Below, in pieces: positions 36,835 through 45,785 of a stretch of 64,000 bases of DNA. The position numbers and the translations under genes were made by a program. This DNA comes from Pontiella sp. Lineage in GTDB: Bacteria > Verrucomicrobiota > Kiritimatiellia > Kiritimatiellales > Pontiellaceae. Location: NCBI GenBank assembly GCA_050290185.1, contig JBNKHE010000008.1:96001-160000 (forward strand). The letters run 5' to 3'. How positions within the stretch are numbered: position 1 is the stretch's first letter; each line of letters starts with the position of its first letter. The notes under the pieces are model-generated. The model was not told where the DNA came from. It was given only the letters and a program-made list of their open reading frames with translations, and ran no database searches.

Positions 36835-38400
36835 TTAAAACACGGAGGGACCACTGCGGGAGGCGTCTTCTGCTGGAAGAGGCGGGGTTCCCATGAGCAT
36901 TCCGATTTTTTTTGCAATATCGGTGTTGTCGTAGAAACCGGAGAAGGAAGCTGCGCCGGCACCCTCGGCAAAAACCGGAACCGGGATGGCTGTATGGCTG
37001 GACGTGGACCATTGCACTCCGGCCACGTTGGCCAGAATATGGGTAATCGTGACGGTCAGCGGGTCGGTTCCGCCATAGGTCAGGTAGTCGACGTCGGTGG
37101 GGCCATCGAGATTGTAGCCGCTTGATCGGCTGTCGGTTTTAACCGCTCCCAGCGATGCGTCGTAGGCTTTTTCCAGCAACTCCTGCTGGTATCCGGACAG
37201 TTGCGCCCATTCGAGGCCGAAGCAGGATTGGATCAGGGCCTTCATGTCATTATCGATATTGCTGTCCTTCTGGTTTTTCCAGGGGTGGCCGCTACGATAT
37301 TGCCTGAGGTCTTCGGCGATGAAACGGACTCCGGATTTGGTTTGTTTCCGCAGTTTGGAAAGATCGGTCTGGTAATGGTTGCCCCGGTACCCTAGGGCCA
37401 GCCCGCCGGTTTCATGATCGCCGGTTACGACAATGAGCGTTTCGTCCGGATGGTTTGCAAGAAAGTCGAGGGCCACGCCGATGGCATCGTCAAAGGCGAT
37501 GGTTTCCCGCAGCGCAGTGGCAATATCGTTGGCGTGGCAGGCCCAGTCGATCTTGCCGCCTTCCACCAGCATGAAGAAGCCCTGGGGATCATTTTGCAGA
37601 TAATCGATCGCGACCTGCGTGATTTCCGCGAGGGAAAAATCTTCCGGGGGCTGGTCGATGCTGAACGGCATGGCATCGCCGTCATAGGAGGTCGCCACCG
37701 AGCAGATCACCTTGCCGGCCTGCTTGTCCTTGAGTTGCAGGATTTCGGTTTTATCGGTGAGGATGGTGTAGCCGGCGTCGGAAAAGGCCTGCTTCAATAC
37801 GATTTTCCCGGTGTTATTATCCTGGTCCAGCTTGGGAAAAAGGCCGCCGGCGAAAAAATCAAATCCGCTCAATGCGGCCTGATAGCCGATTTCGCAATAG
37901 CTGTTCCGGCTGTTCACATTGGCGTAGTATCCCGCCGGCGTGGCATGCGCAAGCGGCGCGCTGGAAACGATGCCGATAGCGCGACCTTGTTCCCTCGTCA
38001 GTTCGGCAATGCTTTTATAGGAGGTGTTGAGTTCGGTGTTGCGCCCGAGCGTGCCGGGTCGGGTTTTGGTGCCGCAGGCAAACGCGGTCGCGGCGGCAGC
38101 GGAGTCGGTGATGAAGCGCGTATCGGAAAAGGTTTCTGCCAGGCCCAGGACCGGCATTTGGGTCATATGCAACCGGTTGGCCGTTGCCAACAACGTTGCG
38201 GCGGAATCCTCGTTACCGGCCTTGAAGGCCTGAGCCGCTTCGATCTGGGCTGACGACATTCCGTCACCAAGAAAGAAGAAAACATACTTTGGGTGCTTGT
38301 TGACGGTCGCTTTACCGGCTGCTCCGGCGGGCGTATAGCCTTGCAGGAGCAGTGTAATGAAAATGACGCAGGCTGTAATGGGAGCTTGAATATGTTTCAT
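36835..38400 (-). CDS. phoA: Alkaline phosphatase (PhoA family)
   Basis: GDGMS, TDSAAAATA (catalytic Ser), HATPA, EGGKIDWACHAND and GDHETGG. Signal peptide present. Confidence 0.93.
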   Translation of the reverse strand: MKHIQAPITACVIFITLLLQGYTPAGAAGKATVNKHPKYVFFFLGDGMSSAQIEAAQAFKAGNEDSAATLLATANRLHMTQMPVLGLAETFSDTRFITDSAAAATAFACGTKTRPGTLGRNTELNTSYKSIAELTREQGRAIGIVSSAPLAHATPAGYYANVNSRNSYCEIGYQAALSGFDFFAGGLFPKLDQDNNTGKIVLKQAFSDAGYTILTDKTEILQLKDKQAGKVICSVATSYDGDAMPFSIDQPPEDFSLAEITQVAIDYLQNDPQGFFMLVEGGKIDWACHANDIATALRETIAFDDAIGVALDFLANHPDETLIVVTGDHETGGLALGYRGNHYQTDLSKLRKQTKSGVRFIAEDLRQYRSGHPWKNQKDSNIDNDMKALIQSCFGLEWAQLSGYQQELLEKAYDASLGAVKTDSRSSGYNLDGPTDVDYLTYGGTDPLTVTITHILANVAGVQWSTSSHTAIPVPVFAEGAGAASFSGFYDNTDIAKKIGMLMGTPPLPAEDASRSGPSVF

Positions 38401-38540
38401 GGCAATCGGTTCTCCTTGGAGTGGTTCGGTAACTATGCCGCAAGCGGTGTATGTGTCCAGTCAGGAATAACGGGAAAGGCAGGCTCATCCTCCATTGATT
38501 GCTGTTGATGCAGTTCTGGGTATAAAAATATCCAGTAGAT

Positions 38541-38556
38541 CGGCACGGCAAATGCA
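38541..38556 (+). promoter_or_regulatory. Candidate sigma54 (-24/-12) promoter
   Basis: CGGCACGGCAAATGCA (GG-N10-GC), just upstream of the PEP-CTERM ATG at 38584. Confidence 0.55.
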
Positions 38557-38583
38557 TCCCCATAGGTTCATGTTGGAGGTGCT

Positions 38584-39531
38584 ATGAACTATTGGCTGGC
38601 AGGGGTTGGTTTATGGATCGCGGTGGCCGCCGGGGCGGCGACGATCGAGTCGTATGGACCGTTCGATATCTACTATTACGATGTGGGCGAGGTTTGGAAT
38701 GGAGCGACCAACACACAGGCGTGGACTGCAACGCAACAGGCGGACATCCATTCGGCGATCGACGAGTGGGACCGCGTGATCAACAACGCGCCCGCGCGGC
38801 AGATCAATATGCATGTGATGTGGAACACCTTTGATGGAACGACGTTGGGAGGATCTTCCAGCTATCTACTCAGCGGCACGGATGGTGGAGGACAGCAAAC
38901 CATTTGGACCGGAAGTGAGCTGGCCTGGCGCGAAGCCCATGATGCCGGGAACACATGGGATACCTTCATCCGCTACGATGTCGATGCCGCGGGGATGGCC
39001 TGGAACTTTGGTGAAGCCGGGCCCGGTGCAGGTGAGATCGATTTTCGTAGCGTGATCCTTCACGAAATCGGCCATTCGCTGGGATGGCTTACAAGCTACA
39101 ACTCCACATCCGATGATTTTGGATATGGAGGTTACGGATTAACGAGCTATGAACGGTTTCTTGTCGATGGTTCCGGCAATGCTGCACTGAATGGCGGAAC
39201 AGGAACGCCCGACAACTTCAACGAACTCGATGCTCCGGTCTTTTTCAGTGGATACAACGCTACCAACTTCTACGGGGGACTGGTACCCATCTATGCGCCA
39301 GGTAGCTATGAAGCAGGATCGAGCCTGTCGCATCTGGATGAAACCACGTTCGGCAATACGCTGATGACGCCTTACATCGCAAACGGGCAGTCGACCCGAA
39401 GCATTTCCGATCTCGAAATAGCCATGATGACGGACATGGGCTGGGATGTGATTCCCGAGCCGTCCACGCTGGTGATCCTGCTGATGAGCGGGGCAGGTTT
39501 TCTTGGTATCCGCCGCTTTTTCCTGATTTAG
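38584..39531 (+). CDS. PEP-CTERM-anchored zinc metalloprotease-like protein
   Basis: HEIGHSLG zincin motif, GSSLSHLDE and LMTP. C-terminus VIPEPSTLVILLMSGAGFLGIRRFF. Confidence 0.85.
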   Translation: MNYWLAGVGLWIAVAAGAATIESYGPFDIYYYDVGEVWNGATNTQAWTATQQADIHSAIDEWDRVINNAPARQINMHVMWNTFDGTTLGGSSSYLLSGTDGGGQQTIWTGSELAWREAHDAGNTWDTFIRYDVDAAGMAWNFGEAGPGAGEIDFRSVILHEIGHSLGWLTSYNSTSDDFGYGGYGLTSYERFLVDGSGNAALNGGTGTPDNFNELDAPVFFSGYNATNFYGGLVPIYAPGSYEAGSSLSHLDETTFGNTLMTPYIANGQSTRSISDLEIAMMTDMGWDVIPEPSTLVILLMSGAGFLGIRRFFLI

Positions 39532-39588
39532 CTAAAACCAAGATTTCTATTTCAACGGACGCAGGATTCGGCGTAGATTCCGCCTCCT

Positions 39589-41007
39589 ATGCATGGCACC
39601 GAAACAGAGAACCGTTCGTTTGGCGGCTACAAGGAATTGCTGAAGATCGCGTGGCCGCTGATCATCAGTACGGGCTCCTTTTCACTGCTGAACTTTTGCG
39701 ACCGCATGTTCCTCGGCTGGTACAGTCCCGAGGCATTTCGCGCAGCCGTTCCGGCTGGTATTCTGTGCTTCACCATGCTGTGCGGATTCCTTGCACTGGC
39801 GGCCTATTCCAACACCTTCGTGGCGCAATACCACGGGGCACGCGAATACAAAAAGTGCTCGGTGGCCACCATGCAGGGGATATGGCTGGCCCTGCTGTCC
39901 TGGCCGATCATGCTGGTCCTCATTCCTCTGGGCATCTTCTTTCTGAAAATCAGCGGACACGGGCCTGTCGTATTTGAACAGGAACGCATCTATTTCATCA
40001 TCCTCATGCTCGGCTCCATATCCCAGCCGGTCGGTGCCGCGATCAGCGGATTCTTCTCAGGACGCGGCGATACGCAGACGGTGATGTTGGCCAATGTGGT
40101 CGGCAATGTCGTCAACGTGGCGCTCGACTATGTTTTGGTCTTCGGCAAGCTGGGCTTTCCGGAAATGGGTATTGCAGGCGCGGCTGTTGCCTCGGTGATT
40201 GCCGGCTGGGTGAGTCCCGGGATCATGCTGGTGCTCTTCTTTTCAAAACGCATCGATCAGCAGTTTGCCACGCGCAAGGCATTGCGATGGGATATGGCCC
40301 AGATGAAGCGGATGGTTCGCTACGGCGGTCCTTCAGGTATTCATCTGTTTCTAGACCTGGCTTCGTTCTCCCTGTTTGTGCTCCTACTTGGCCGACAGGG
40401 TGAAGCGGCTTCCATTGCCAGCAACATGGCGCTGAGCATCAACCTGTTTGCGTTGATGCCGATGATCGGCCTTGGCATCGCCTCGTCCATCATGGTGGGG
40501 CAATACATGGGCGCCGACCGCCCCGATCTGGCGGAACGAACCGGTTGGATTGCCTTGAAGGCGGGCATGGTCTACACCATCCCGCTGGTTAGTTCCTTCG
40601 TGCTGTTTCCGCACTTCTACGTCAACCTCTTCGGGCAGCATGATGGGGTGGCTGCATCGGCCGAGGTTTTCGACATCTGCCGCCGCCTGTTGATCGTACT
40701 GGTGGCATGGGGCGTCATGGATGCCACGAACTTTATTATCAGCGGCGCGTTGAAAGGGGCGGGGGATACGCATTTCGTAATGTATTTCCATACCAGTCTG
40801 GCGTGGAGCTTCTTTGCGGTCGGCGAATTGGTGCTGGTGTTGGGGTTCCACGCGGGCCCGGTGGCGGCTTGGCTGTGGTGTCTGCTCTACATCATCATAC
40901 TTGCGGTTGGCTTTTGCTGGCGCTTCAAGTCGGGGCGCTGGAAATCGATCGATATCCTCGAACGGCATACGCCGGTTGAAGACGCGCGCATACCGGTTGA
41001 TCACTAA
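39589..41007 (+). CDS. MATE family efflux transporter
   Basis: LLKIAWP, DRMFLG, FFSGRGDT, PEMGIAGAAVAS and GALKGAGDT. About 12 TMs. Confidence 0.92.
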   Translation: MHGTETENRSFGGYKELLKIAWPLIISTGSFSLLNFCDRMFLGWYSPEAFRAAVPAGILCFTMLCGFLALAAYSNTFVAQYHGAREYKKCSVATMQGIWLALLSWPIMLVLIPLGIFFLKISGHGPVVFEQERIYFIILMLGSISQPVGAAISGFFSGRGDTQTVMLANVVGNVVNVALDYVLVFGKLGFPEMGIAGAAVASVIAGWVSPGIMLVLFFSKRIDQQFATRKALRWDMAQMKRMVRYGGPSGIHLFLDLASFSLFVLLLGRQGEAASIASNMALSINLFALMPMIGLGIASSIMVGQYMGADRPDLAERTGWIALKAGMVYTIPLVSSFVLFPHFYVNLFGQHDGVAASAEVFDICRRLLIVLVAWGVMDATNFIISGALKGAGDTHFVMYFHTSLAWSFFAVGELVLVLGFHAGPVAAWLWCLLYIIILAVGFCWRFKSGRWKSIDILERHTPVEDARIPVDH

Positions 41008-41034
41008 AAAAGGGCGGCCGAAGCCGCCCTTTTT
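41006..41034. terminator. Bidirectional terminator between convergent genes
   Basis: AAAAAGGGCGGC-cgaa-GCCGCCCTTTTT. Confidence 0.8.
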
Positions 41035-41051
41035 ACGCAGAGGCATTTTAC

Positions 41052-42365
41052 TTACTTGCGATGCTTCTTTTCTTTCTTGCGCCCGTGATCTTTGTGTTCG
41101 TCGTGCTTGCTGATGTTGTTCATTTTGATGATGGCCCAGGTGGCGTCGCCGTCGTCGGCAACGGAGTGCTGGACGTTGACGAACAGGACATTCGGATTCT
41201 TTCCCACGTAGATTCCGGTGCCTTCGGCTTTCGGGTCGGTCAGGGATGCGAACAGGTTGACGCTGTCGGCCATGCCGTCGTTGTTGTGATCGCCTTCGGC
41301 AATCCAGATGTCGGACGGAACATTGTCTTCCACAATGATCAGCTTTCCATCCGCTGTTTTTGCCAGGTTGTCGGGATTGTCGAATCCGGTTTCGAACTCC
41401 TCGTCGCCGGGGCGGCCGATTTCAGTCGTTACGTTGAATCCGGGCTTTACGAAGTTGGATACTTCGAGCGTATGAAGATTGATGGCAATTACGCGGCCAT
41501 CGAAGGTTTGGGAGCCGTCAACGTATATGCCTTCAGTGATCGCGGCATAGAGGGTATTGCCAATGATTTGAAGGTCTTCGGGACGGTTGTAGCCGGTGCC
41601 TCCGAAGTCGGTCCCGCTCTGGCGGGCGTTCGCCGAATCGATCGGGCCGACCCATTCTCCCTGGCCGGTTCCATCGCTGTTGCCGGTTACCTTCAGCGCG
41701 TACAGATTGCCGTCCGAAAGGTCGCCATATGTATCCGGCACGAACCGGTAGATATTGCCGCCGAAGCCTTCGCGCTGCCCGCGAAATTCATCGACCACGT
41801 ACACCGATCCGTCGGGGCCGACTTCAATGCCTTCATGGGCCATGAGACCAACGGCCGGGCGCGCATATACGGTACCCGATGTCGGATCGTTTTTATCCAG
41901 TGCCAGCTCGAATACCTGTCCGTCAGCGATTTCTTCGTCGAAGAGAATCGTGCCCCAAGGGGTCCAGGTGATTCCATCCACTGCGTCCCATGAAGGATCC
42001 TGCGCGATGATTTTCGCTTTTCCCGTGCGCAGGTCGACCACGGAGATGGAGCCGCCTTCGGCCTGTCCGCGGACTTCATGGGTGGTGTAGAGGTAGCGAC
42101 CGGCATGGTTTCCGGTTTCGTTGACGGTGTTCATGTCGTGCCAGTCGTCGCGTCCGCCATCGTAGATGTTGAGGTCGGATTCGTCCGCTACAGCCACCTG
42201 AATGAAACCTTCCGGAATCTGCCACGGTGCGGCGGGATTCCAGTTGGTGCTGTTTGCGGAATCGGTCAACGGTTCGAAACCAAGCGGTCCATTCTGCGGT
42301 GCGGCGTATGATGCAAGGGACCCGGCAACGGCGACTCCCAGCAAACAAGTCATCTGTTTCTTCAT
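41052..42365 (-). CDS. PhoX-like (DUF839) secreted phosphatase / beta-propeller
   Basis: TPWGTILFDEE, GLMAHEG, YRFVP, GNLYALK, RPEDL, NPDNL, EGTG and FVNVQH. His/Lys-rich tail. Confidence 0.8.
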   Translation of the reverse strand: MKKQMTCLLGVAVAGSLASYAAPQNGPLGFEPLTDSANSTNWNPAAPWQIPEGFIQVAVADESDLNIYDGGRDDWHDMNTVNETGNHAGRYLYTTHEVRGQAEGGSISVVDLRTGKAKIIAQDPSWDAVDGITWTPWGTILFDEEIADGQVFELALDKNDPTSGTVYARPAVGLMAHEGIEVGPDGSVYVVDEFRGQREGFGGNIYRFVPDTYGDLSDGNLYALKVTGNSDGTGQGEWVGPIDSANARQSGTDFGGTGYNRPEDLQIIGNTLYAAITEGIYVDGSQTFDGRVIAINLHTLEVSNFVKPGFNVTTEIGRPGDEEFETGFDNPDNLAKTADGKLIIVEDNVPSDIWIAEGDHNNDGMADSVNLFASLTDPKAEGTGIYVGKNPNVLFVNVQHSVADDGDATWAIIKMNNISKHDEHKDHGRKKEKKHRK

Positions 42366-42666
42366 GATACAACTCCCATACTCGGAATTCTCAACCATGC
42401 AGCACCATGCCGCCTGGCGAATTCTTGTTGGGGATGAAGCTAGTGTTAGCAGGTTCGGATGAAATTAAGAGGGTGCTAGTTCGAGTAGAAGATTGTGTGA
42501 GATAATGCGGGTGGCTAATCCGCCTTTATCTGATGCAACGGCTGGACACGCTGGGGGATTCGGCATTATGAGGGAAAGCTGCACCCTTGTCTTGCGCCGG
42601 AGATCCGCTATCTTACGGTTTCCAACCGGGGTAGTATAGGCCGACAAACCAACATAGGAGGATGCT

Positions 42667-44205
42667 GTGGCTTCGATGAAATGGAAACAATGGGCGGTAC
42701 TAACGGCGGCAACGGTCGCATGGCAGGGTGTGGTTCTTGGCGAGCAGTTCGCCTTGACCGGTGCGCGGGCGGCCGGAATGGGCGGGGCGAATGCGGCCTC
42801 GGTACGCGATGCAACGGCACAGTGGCAAAATCCGGCGGCGTTCGGATTCTTTGGATGTTCCGAATGGGCGACCAACGCGGTCGACAACAATGATCTGTCC
42901 GGGCAGGGCTTCAGCTGTGAACTGCTCGGTTTCGGTGCCGGATATACCATGACCGAAGATCTGGGCCGCTATCTCGATATCCTTTCCAATATCGATTTTG
43001 ATACGTTCGATGCGGGAACCCTTTCGAACAATACACAAAATGTGGATTCGCTACTGACCATGGTGGGTATCGTCGGGAGCCTTGGCAGCGGCGATGCGCT
43101 CTATGCCGATGCCTCCGCCGGAACCTCGATCCAGACCGGTCATTTCGGAATCGGTGTTCGGATGTTTGGCGAAGCCGGTGCGTGGACTCTTCCGGATACC
43201 GGCAATCTGGGACTCGATGGCTACGCCAATCCTGCGGATCTGGTTGCTGAAATCGATGGTGCCGCAAGCAATGAAGGCTTCACATGGGACGGTTCCTATA
43301 ATCTTTCATTGGATCAGCGGTCCCAGCTCGGAAGCGCGCTTGGGGTTTCGGCCAACAGCAGCACGATCCAGTACCTCGACGCCCATTTTGGCGACGTGTC
43401 GGCATCCGGGGATTTGACGGGCTCGGAAATCAATACGGCGATCGATTTGTTTGGCAACCTGATCGGTGGCGGCAGCATCGATACCAACCTGACAACGGTT
43501 GTGGGCCGCGGTTTTGCATTGGTTGAGATCCCGGTGAGCTATGGCTGGGCCCTGAATAAAAATCTATCGGTGGGGGCGACGGCCAAGCTGATGCAGGGCC
43601 GTGTACTGGGGACCAAGGTGTGGGTGTTTAACGACAATAATGACCAGGTGCTGGATGATATCTCCGACAACATGGAAAGTTCCATGAACGTCGGTCTGGA
43701 TCTGGGCGTACTCTACCGCATCCCGAATTTTCAGTTCGCTTTTGTGGGGCACAATCTAAACCGTCCGACCTTCAGCGGTTTCACTGAAACCATCGACCTG
43801 GCTCTCAACGGCGGAGCAACGCAAGCCGAGACCATCCGGGTACCGGATGTGAAGGTTGATCCGCAGCTGACAGCCGGCGCGGCTTACATGCCGTCACGGC
43901 GCCTGACCCTCGAAGGCAATCTTGATCTGCTGAAAACCGGCACCGTACTTCCGGGCTATGACATCCAGCGGCTTTCGCTGGGCGGCGAGTTTGATGTATG
44001 GGTTTTGGCGTTGCGGGTTGGGGCATACCGGAATCTAGCGGCCTCATGGCAGGACTGGGTCGCCACCGCCGGCATTGGCGCCAACCTGGCCGGCGTGAAG
44101 GTCGATGTGGGCGGGGCCTATTCGCTCGGCAACAATGTGGAATACGACGGCAACGATATTCCTTCCGAAGCGCGCCTCTACGCCAGCATCGGAATGGATT
44201 TCTAG
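42667..44205 (+). CDS. TraF_2 / FadL-like outer-membrane beta-barrel protein
   Basis: Signal peptide, GARAAGMGGA...WQNPAA plug motif, amphipathic strands and a C-terminal Phe. Confidence 0.75.
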   Translation: MASMKWKQWAVLTAATVAWQGVVLGEQFALTGARAAGMGGANAASVRDATAQWQNPAAFGFFGCSEWATNAVDNNDLSGQGFSCELLGFGAGYTMTEDLGRYLDILSNIDFDTFDAGTLSNNTQNVDSLLTMVGIVGSLGSGDALYADASAGTSIQTGHFGIGVRMFGEAGAWTLPDTGNLGLDGYANPADLVAEIDGAASNEGFTWDGSYNLSLDQRSQLGSALGVSANSSTIQYLDAHFGDVSASGDLTGSEINTAIDLFGNLIGGGSIDTNLTTVVGRGFALVEIPVSYGWALNKNLSVGATAKLMQGRVLGTKVWVFNDNNDQVLDDISDNMESSMNVGLDLGVLYRIPNFQFAFVGHNLNRPTFSGFTETIDLALNGGATQAETIRVPDVKVDPQLTAGAAYMPSRRLTLEGNLDLLKTGTVLPGYDIQRLSLGGEFDVWVLALRVGAYRNLAASWQDWVATAGIGANLAGVKVDVGGAYSLGNNVEYDGNDIPSEARLYASIGMDF

Positions 44206-44249
44206 CGAATTGTTTCGCGCAAGGACGAAATAGCCAGAGGGGCTGGATT

Positions 44250-44327
44250 GTAGATGTGACGCCCTCGTCGCATTTCAAAGGATAGAGTGGGCGTACGTGC
44301 GGAACGCGACGAGGGCGTCGCGCCTAC
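44250..44327. repeat. REPIN: two inverted GTAG-type REP hairpins
   Basis: GTAG-ATGTGACG-CCCT-CGTCGCAT starts at 44250 on +. GTAG-GCGCGACG-CCCT-CGTCGCGT starts at 44327 on -. Confidence 0.75.
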
Positions 44328-44336
44328 GTTTACAGC

Positions 44337-44430
44337 TTAAACCTCAATCACATGCCCCTTCATTTTCCGACGATGGGTGCGGGCGGTGTGGGGGCTGATG
44401 CCGAGGCATGTCGTGTGATGTGCTCCATGA
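44337..44430 (-). pseudogene. LuxR-type HTH C-terminal fragment
   Basis: The minus strand 44405-44337 reads LGISPHTARTHRRKM..., the LuxR recognition-helix pattern. There is no intact upstream ORF. Confidence 0.55.
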
Positions 44431-44463
44431 TCTCCTCAATCATGTGCATCTCCTCCATGGAAA

Positions 44464-44630
44464 AATCCCGAGCTCCTAGAACGGCTGCGCGCCAGGATCA
44501 TGGAGGTGCCGGTTGCGCAAGGTTGCGCGCTGAAGCGCACGGCGATCATGCCGGACCATCTGCATGTTGCACTGCGGGGGAGTCCGGGGATGTCTCCGTT
44601 GGAGATTGGTGCCGGGCTGCAAGGTCGACT
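44464..44630 (+). mobile_element. IS200/IS605-like or REP-associated Y1 (HUH) transposase remnant
   Basis: NPELLERLRARIMEV...GCALKRTAIMPDHLHVALRG.P.MSP.EI contains the HUH motif. The catalytic-Tyr C-terminus is absent. Confidence 0.75.
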
Positions 44631-44911
44631 TTTCATGATGTTGTCCGTTTTAAAGGGCCGCGGTGACCGGTTCTTGTTTCGGTTTTTCTTCCTCCTTTAT
44701 TTTGGTTGTTTTCAGCAATTCTTTGCATGTTATGCGGTTGCGAAATTGCTTGTTCCTGGTAAGCGATTTTTTTTTTGAAATCCGTTGAAATAGGCATTTT
44801 GAATATATATTTTCCGCCCCCTTTATCCGGAATTTGGTGCCGGTTTGCGGCATTTTGAGCGGGTGATGATACGAAAACAAGCGGAAACATAGACATAACA
44901 GTAAAGGTGAT

Positions 44912-45619
44912 ATGATGAAGGAAAGAACGGGTTTTCAGATTGGGTTGCTACTGGCCGCAGTGGTTGGAATGGTTGTTGGAACGGCATCGGCGACGCCGAT
45001 TGTTGGTGGTTCTGAAATTCTGGATGCGGGGGGCGCGTTGCAATTGGAAACGTGGCTTGGTCAGGGGGCGATCTCGCTGACGAACATATTCACGAAAGAG
45101 GTAGGGAGCTCGTCGTTCGATTTTCATGACGCCTGCAATGGAAAGGGTGCCACGTTTTCAGTGATCGAGCTGATGGATGGAACGATTGTTGGCGGATACA
45201 ACCCCCAGAGCTGGAATAGCAGCGACAGCTACAACATGACTCCGGACGACGCCGACCGGACCGCGTTTCTGTTCGATTTGACCGATGCGCACTACTTCGC
45301 GCAAAGATTGTCCTCTGAGTCGATGGGCCAGGGCGAGTACCAGACCTACAATTATAGTGGAGTTGGTCCCTCGTTTGGATCGGGAAGCGACCTGTACGTG
45401 GACTATAACCTGAATAATTGTGCGGTCAAAGTGGAGAACTGGATTGGCGATGGCGGCGGATATTCATACGCCTCGGATGGGGGAGTCTTTGTTCCGGGGG
45501 GATCGATAGCCAAGCTGGAAGTGTTTTCCGTGGCAGCCATTCCCGAACCGGCCACGCTGGGGCTGATCGGCCTTTTCGGCGGCGGTATTTTAGCCGTCCG
45601 CCGCATCTTCATGGCGTAG
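44912..45619 (+). CDS. PEP-CTERM-anchored TLD(c)-domain protein
   Basis: QLETWLG, FHDACNGKGATFSV, VGGYNPQSW, AFLFDL, GPSFGSGSDL and LEVF, followed by IPEPATLGLIGLFGGGILAVRRIF. Confidence 0.85.
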   Translation: MMKERTGFQIGLLLAAVVGMVVGTASATPIVGGSEILDAGGALQLETWLGQGAISLTNIFTKEVGSSSFDFHDACNGKGATFSVIELMDGTIVGGYNPQSWNSSDSYNMTPDDADRTAFLFDLTDAHYFAQRLSSESMGQGEYQTYNYSGVGPSFGSGSDLYVDYNLNNCAVKVENWIGDGGGYSYASDGGVFVPGGSIAKLEVFSVAAIPEPATLGLIGLFGGGILAVRRIFMA

Positions 45620-45642
45620 CTGTTTACGGATAGCGTTTTTGC

Positions 45643-45676
45643 AAAGGGCCTCGGGAATTTCCTGTGGCCTTTTTTT
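45643..45676 (+). terminator. Intrinsic terminator-like hairpin
   Basis: GGCC-tc-GGGAAtTTCC-tgt-GGCC followed by a T-tract. Confidence 0.55.
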
Positions 45677-45785
45677 GTTTTCCTCTCCTCCTCGCTCCAG
45701 CAATTCCTCCACTGGCGCAAGGCCGGTGGGCGGTTTTTCGTGATGTAACGGTTTCAATGGGCGGCGGGTTTTCCCGCTGCCCTTT

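Noticed and set aside
42432..42463. GGATGAA direct repeat upstream of the PhoX-like gene as a Pho box or LytTR site
   Set aside because: The 25-bp period fits neither 11-bp nor 22-bp spacing.
42667..44205. Conjugation system suggested by a TraF-like protein
   Set aside because: There are no relaxase, coupling protein or T4SS genes nearby. The protein looks like a standalone outer-membrane barrel.
44835..44848. Sigma54 promoter before the TLD PEP-CTERM gene (TGGTGCCGGTTTGC)
   Set aside because: The GG-to-GC spacing is 9, not the required 10. The same problem applies to a candidate at 42399-42411.
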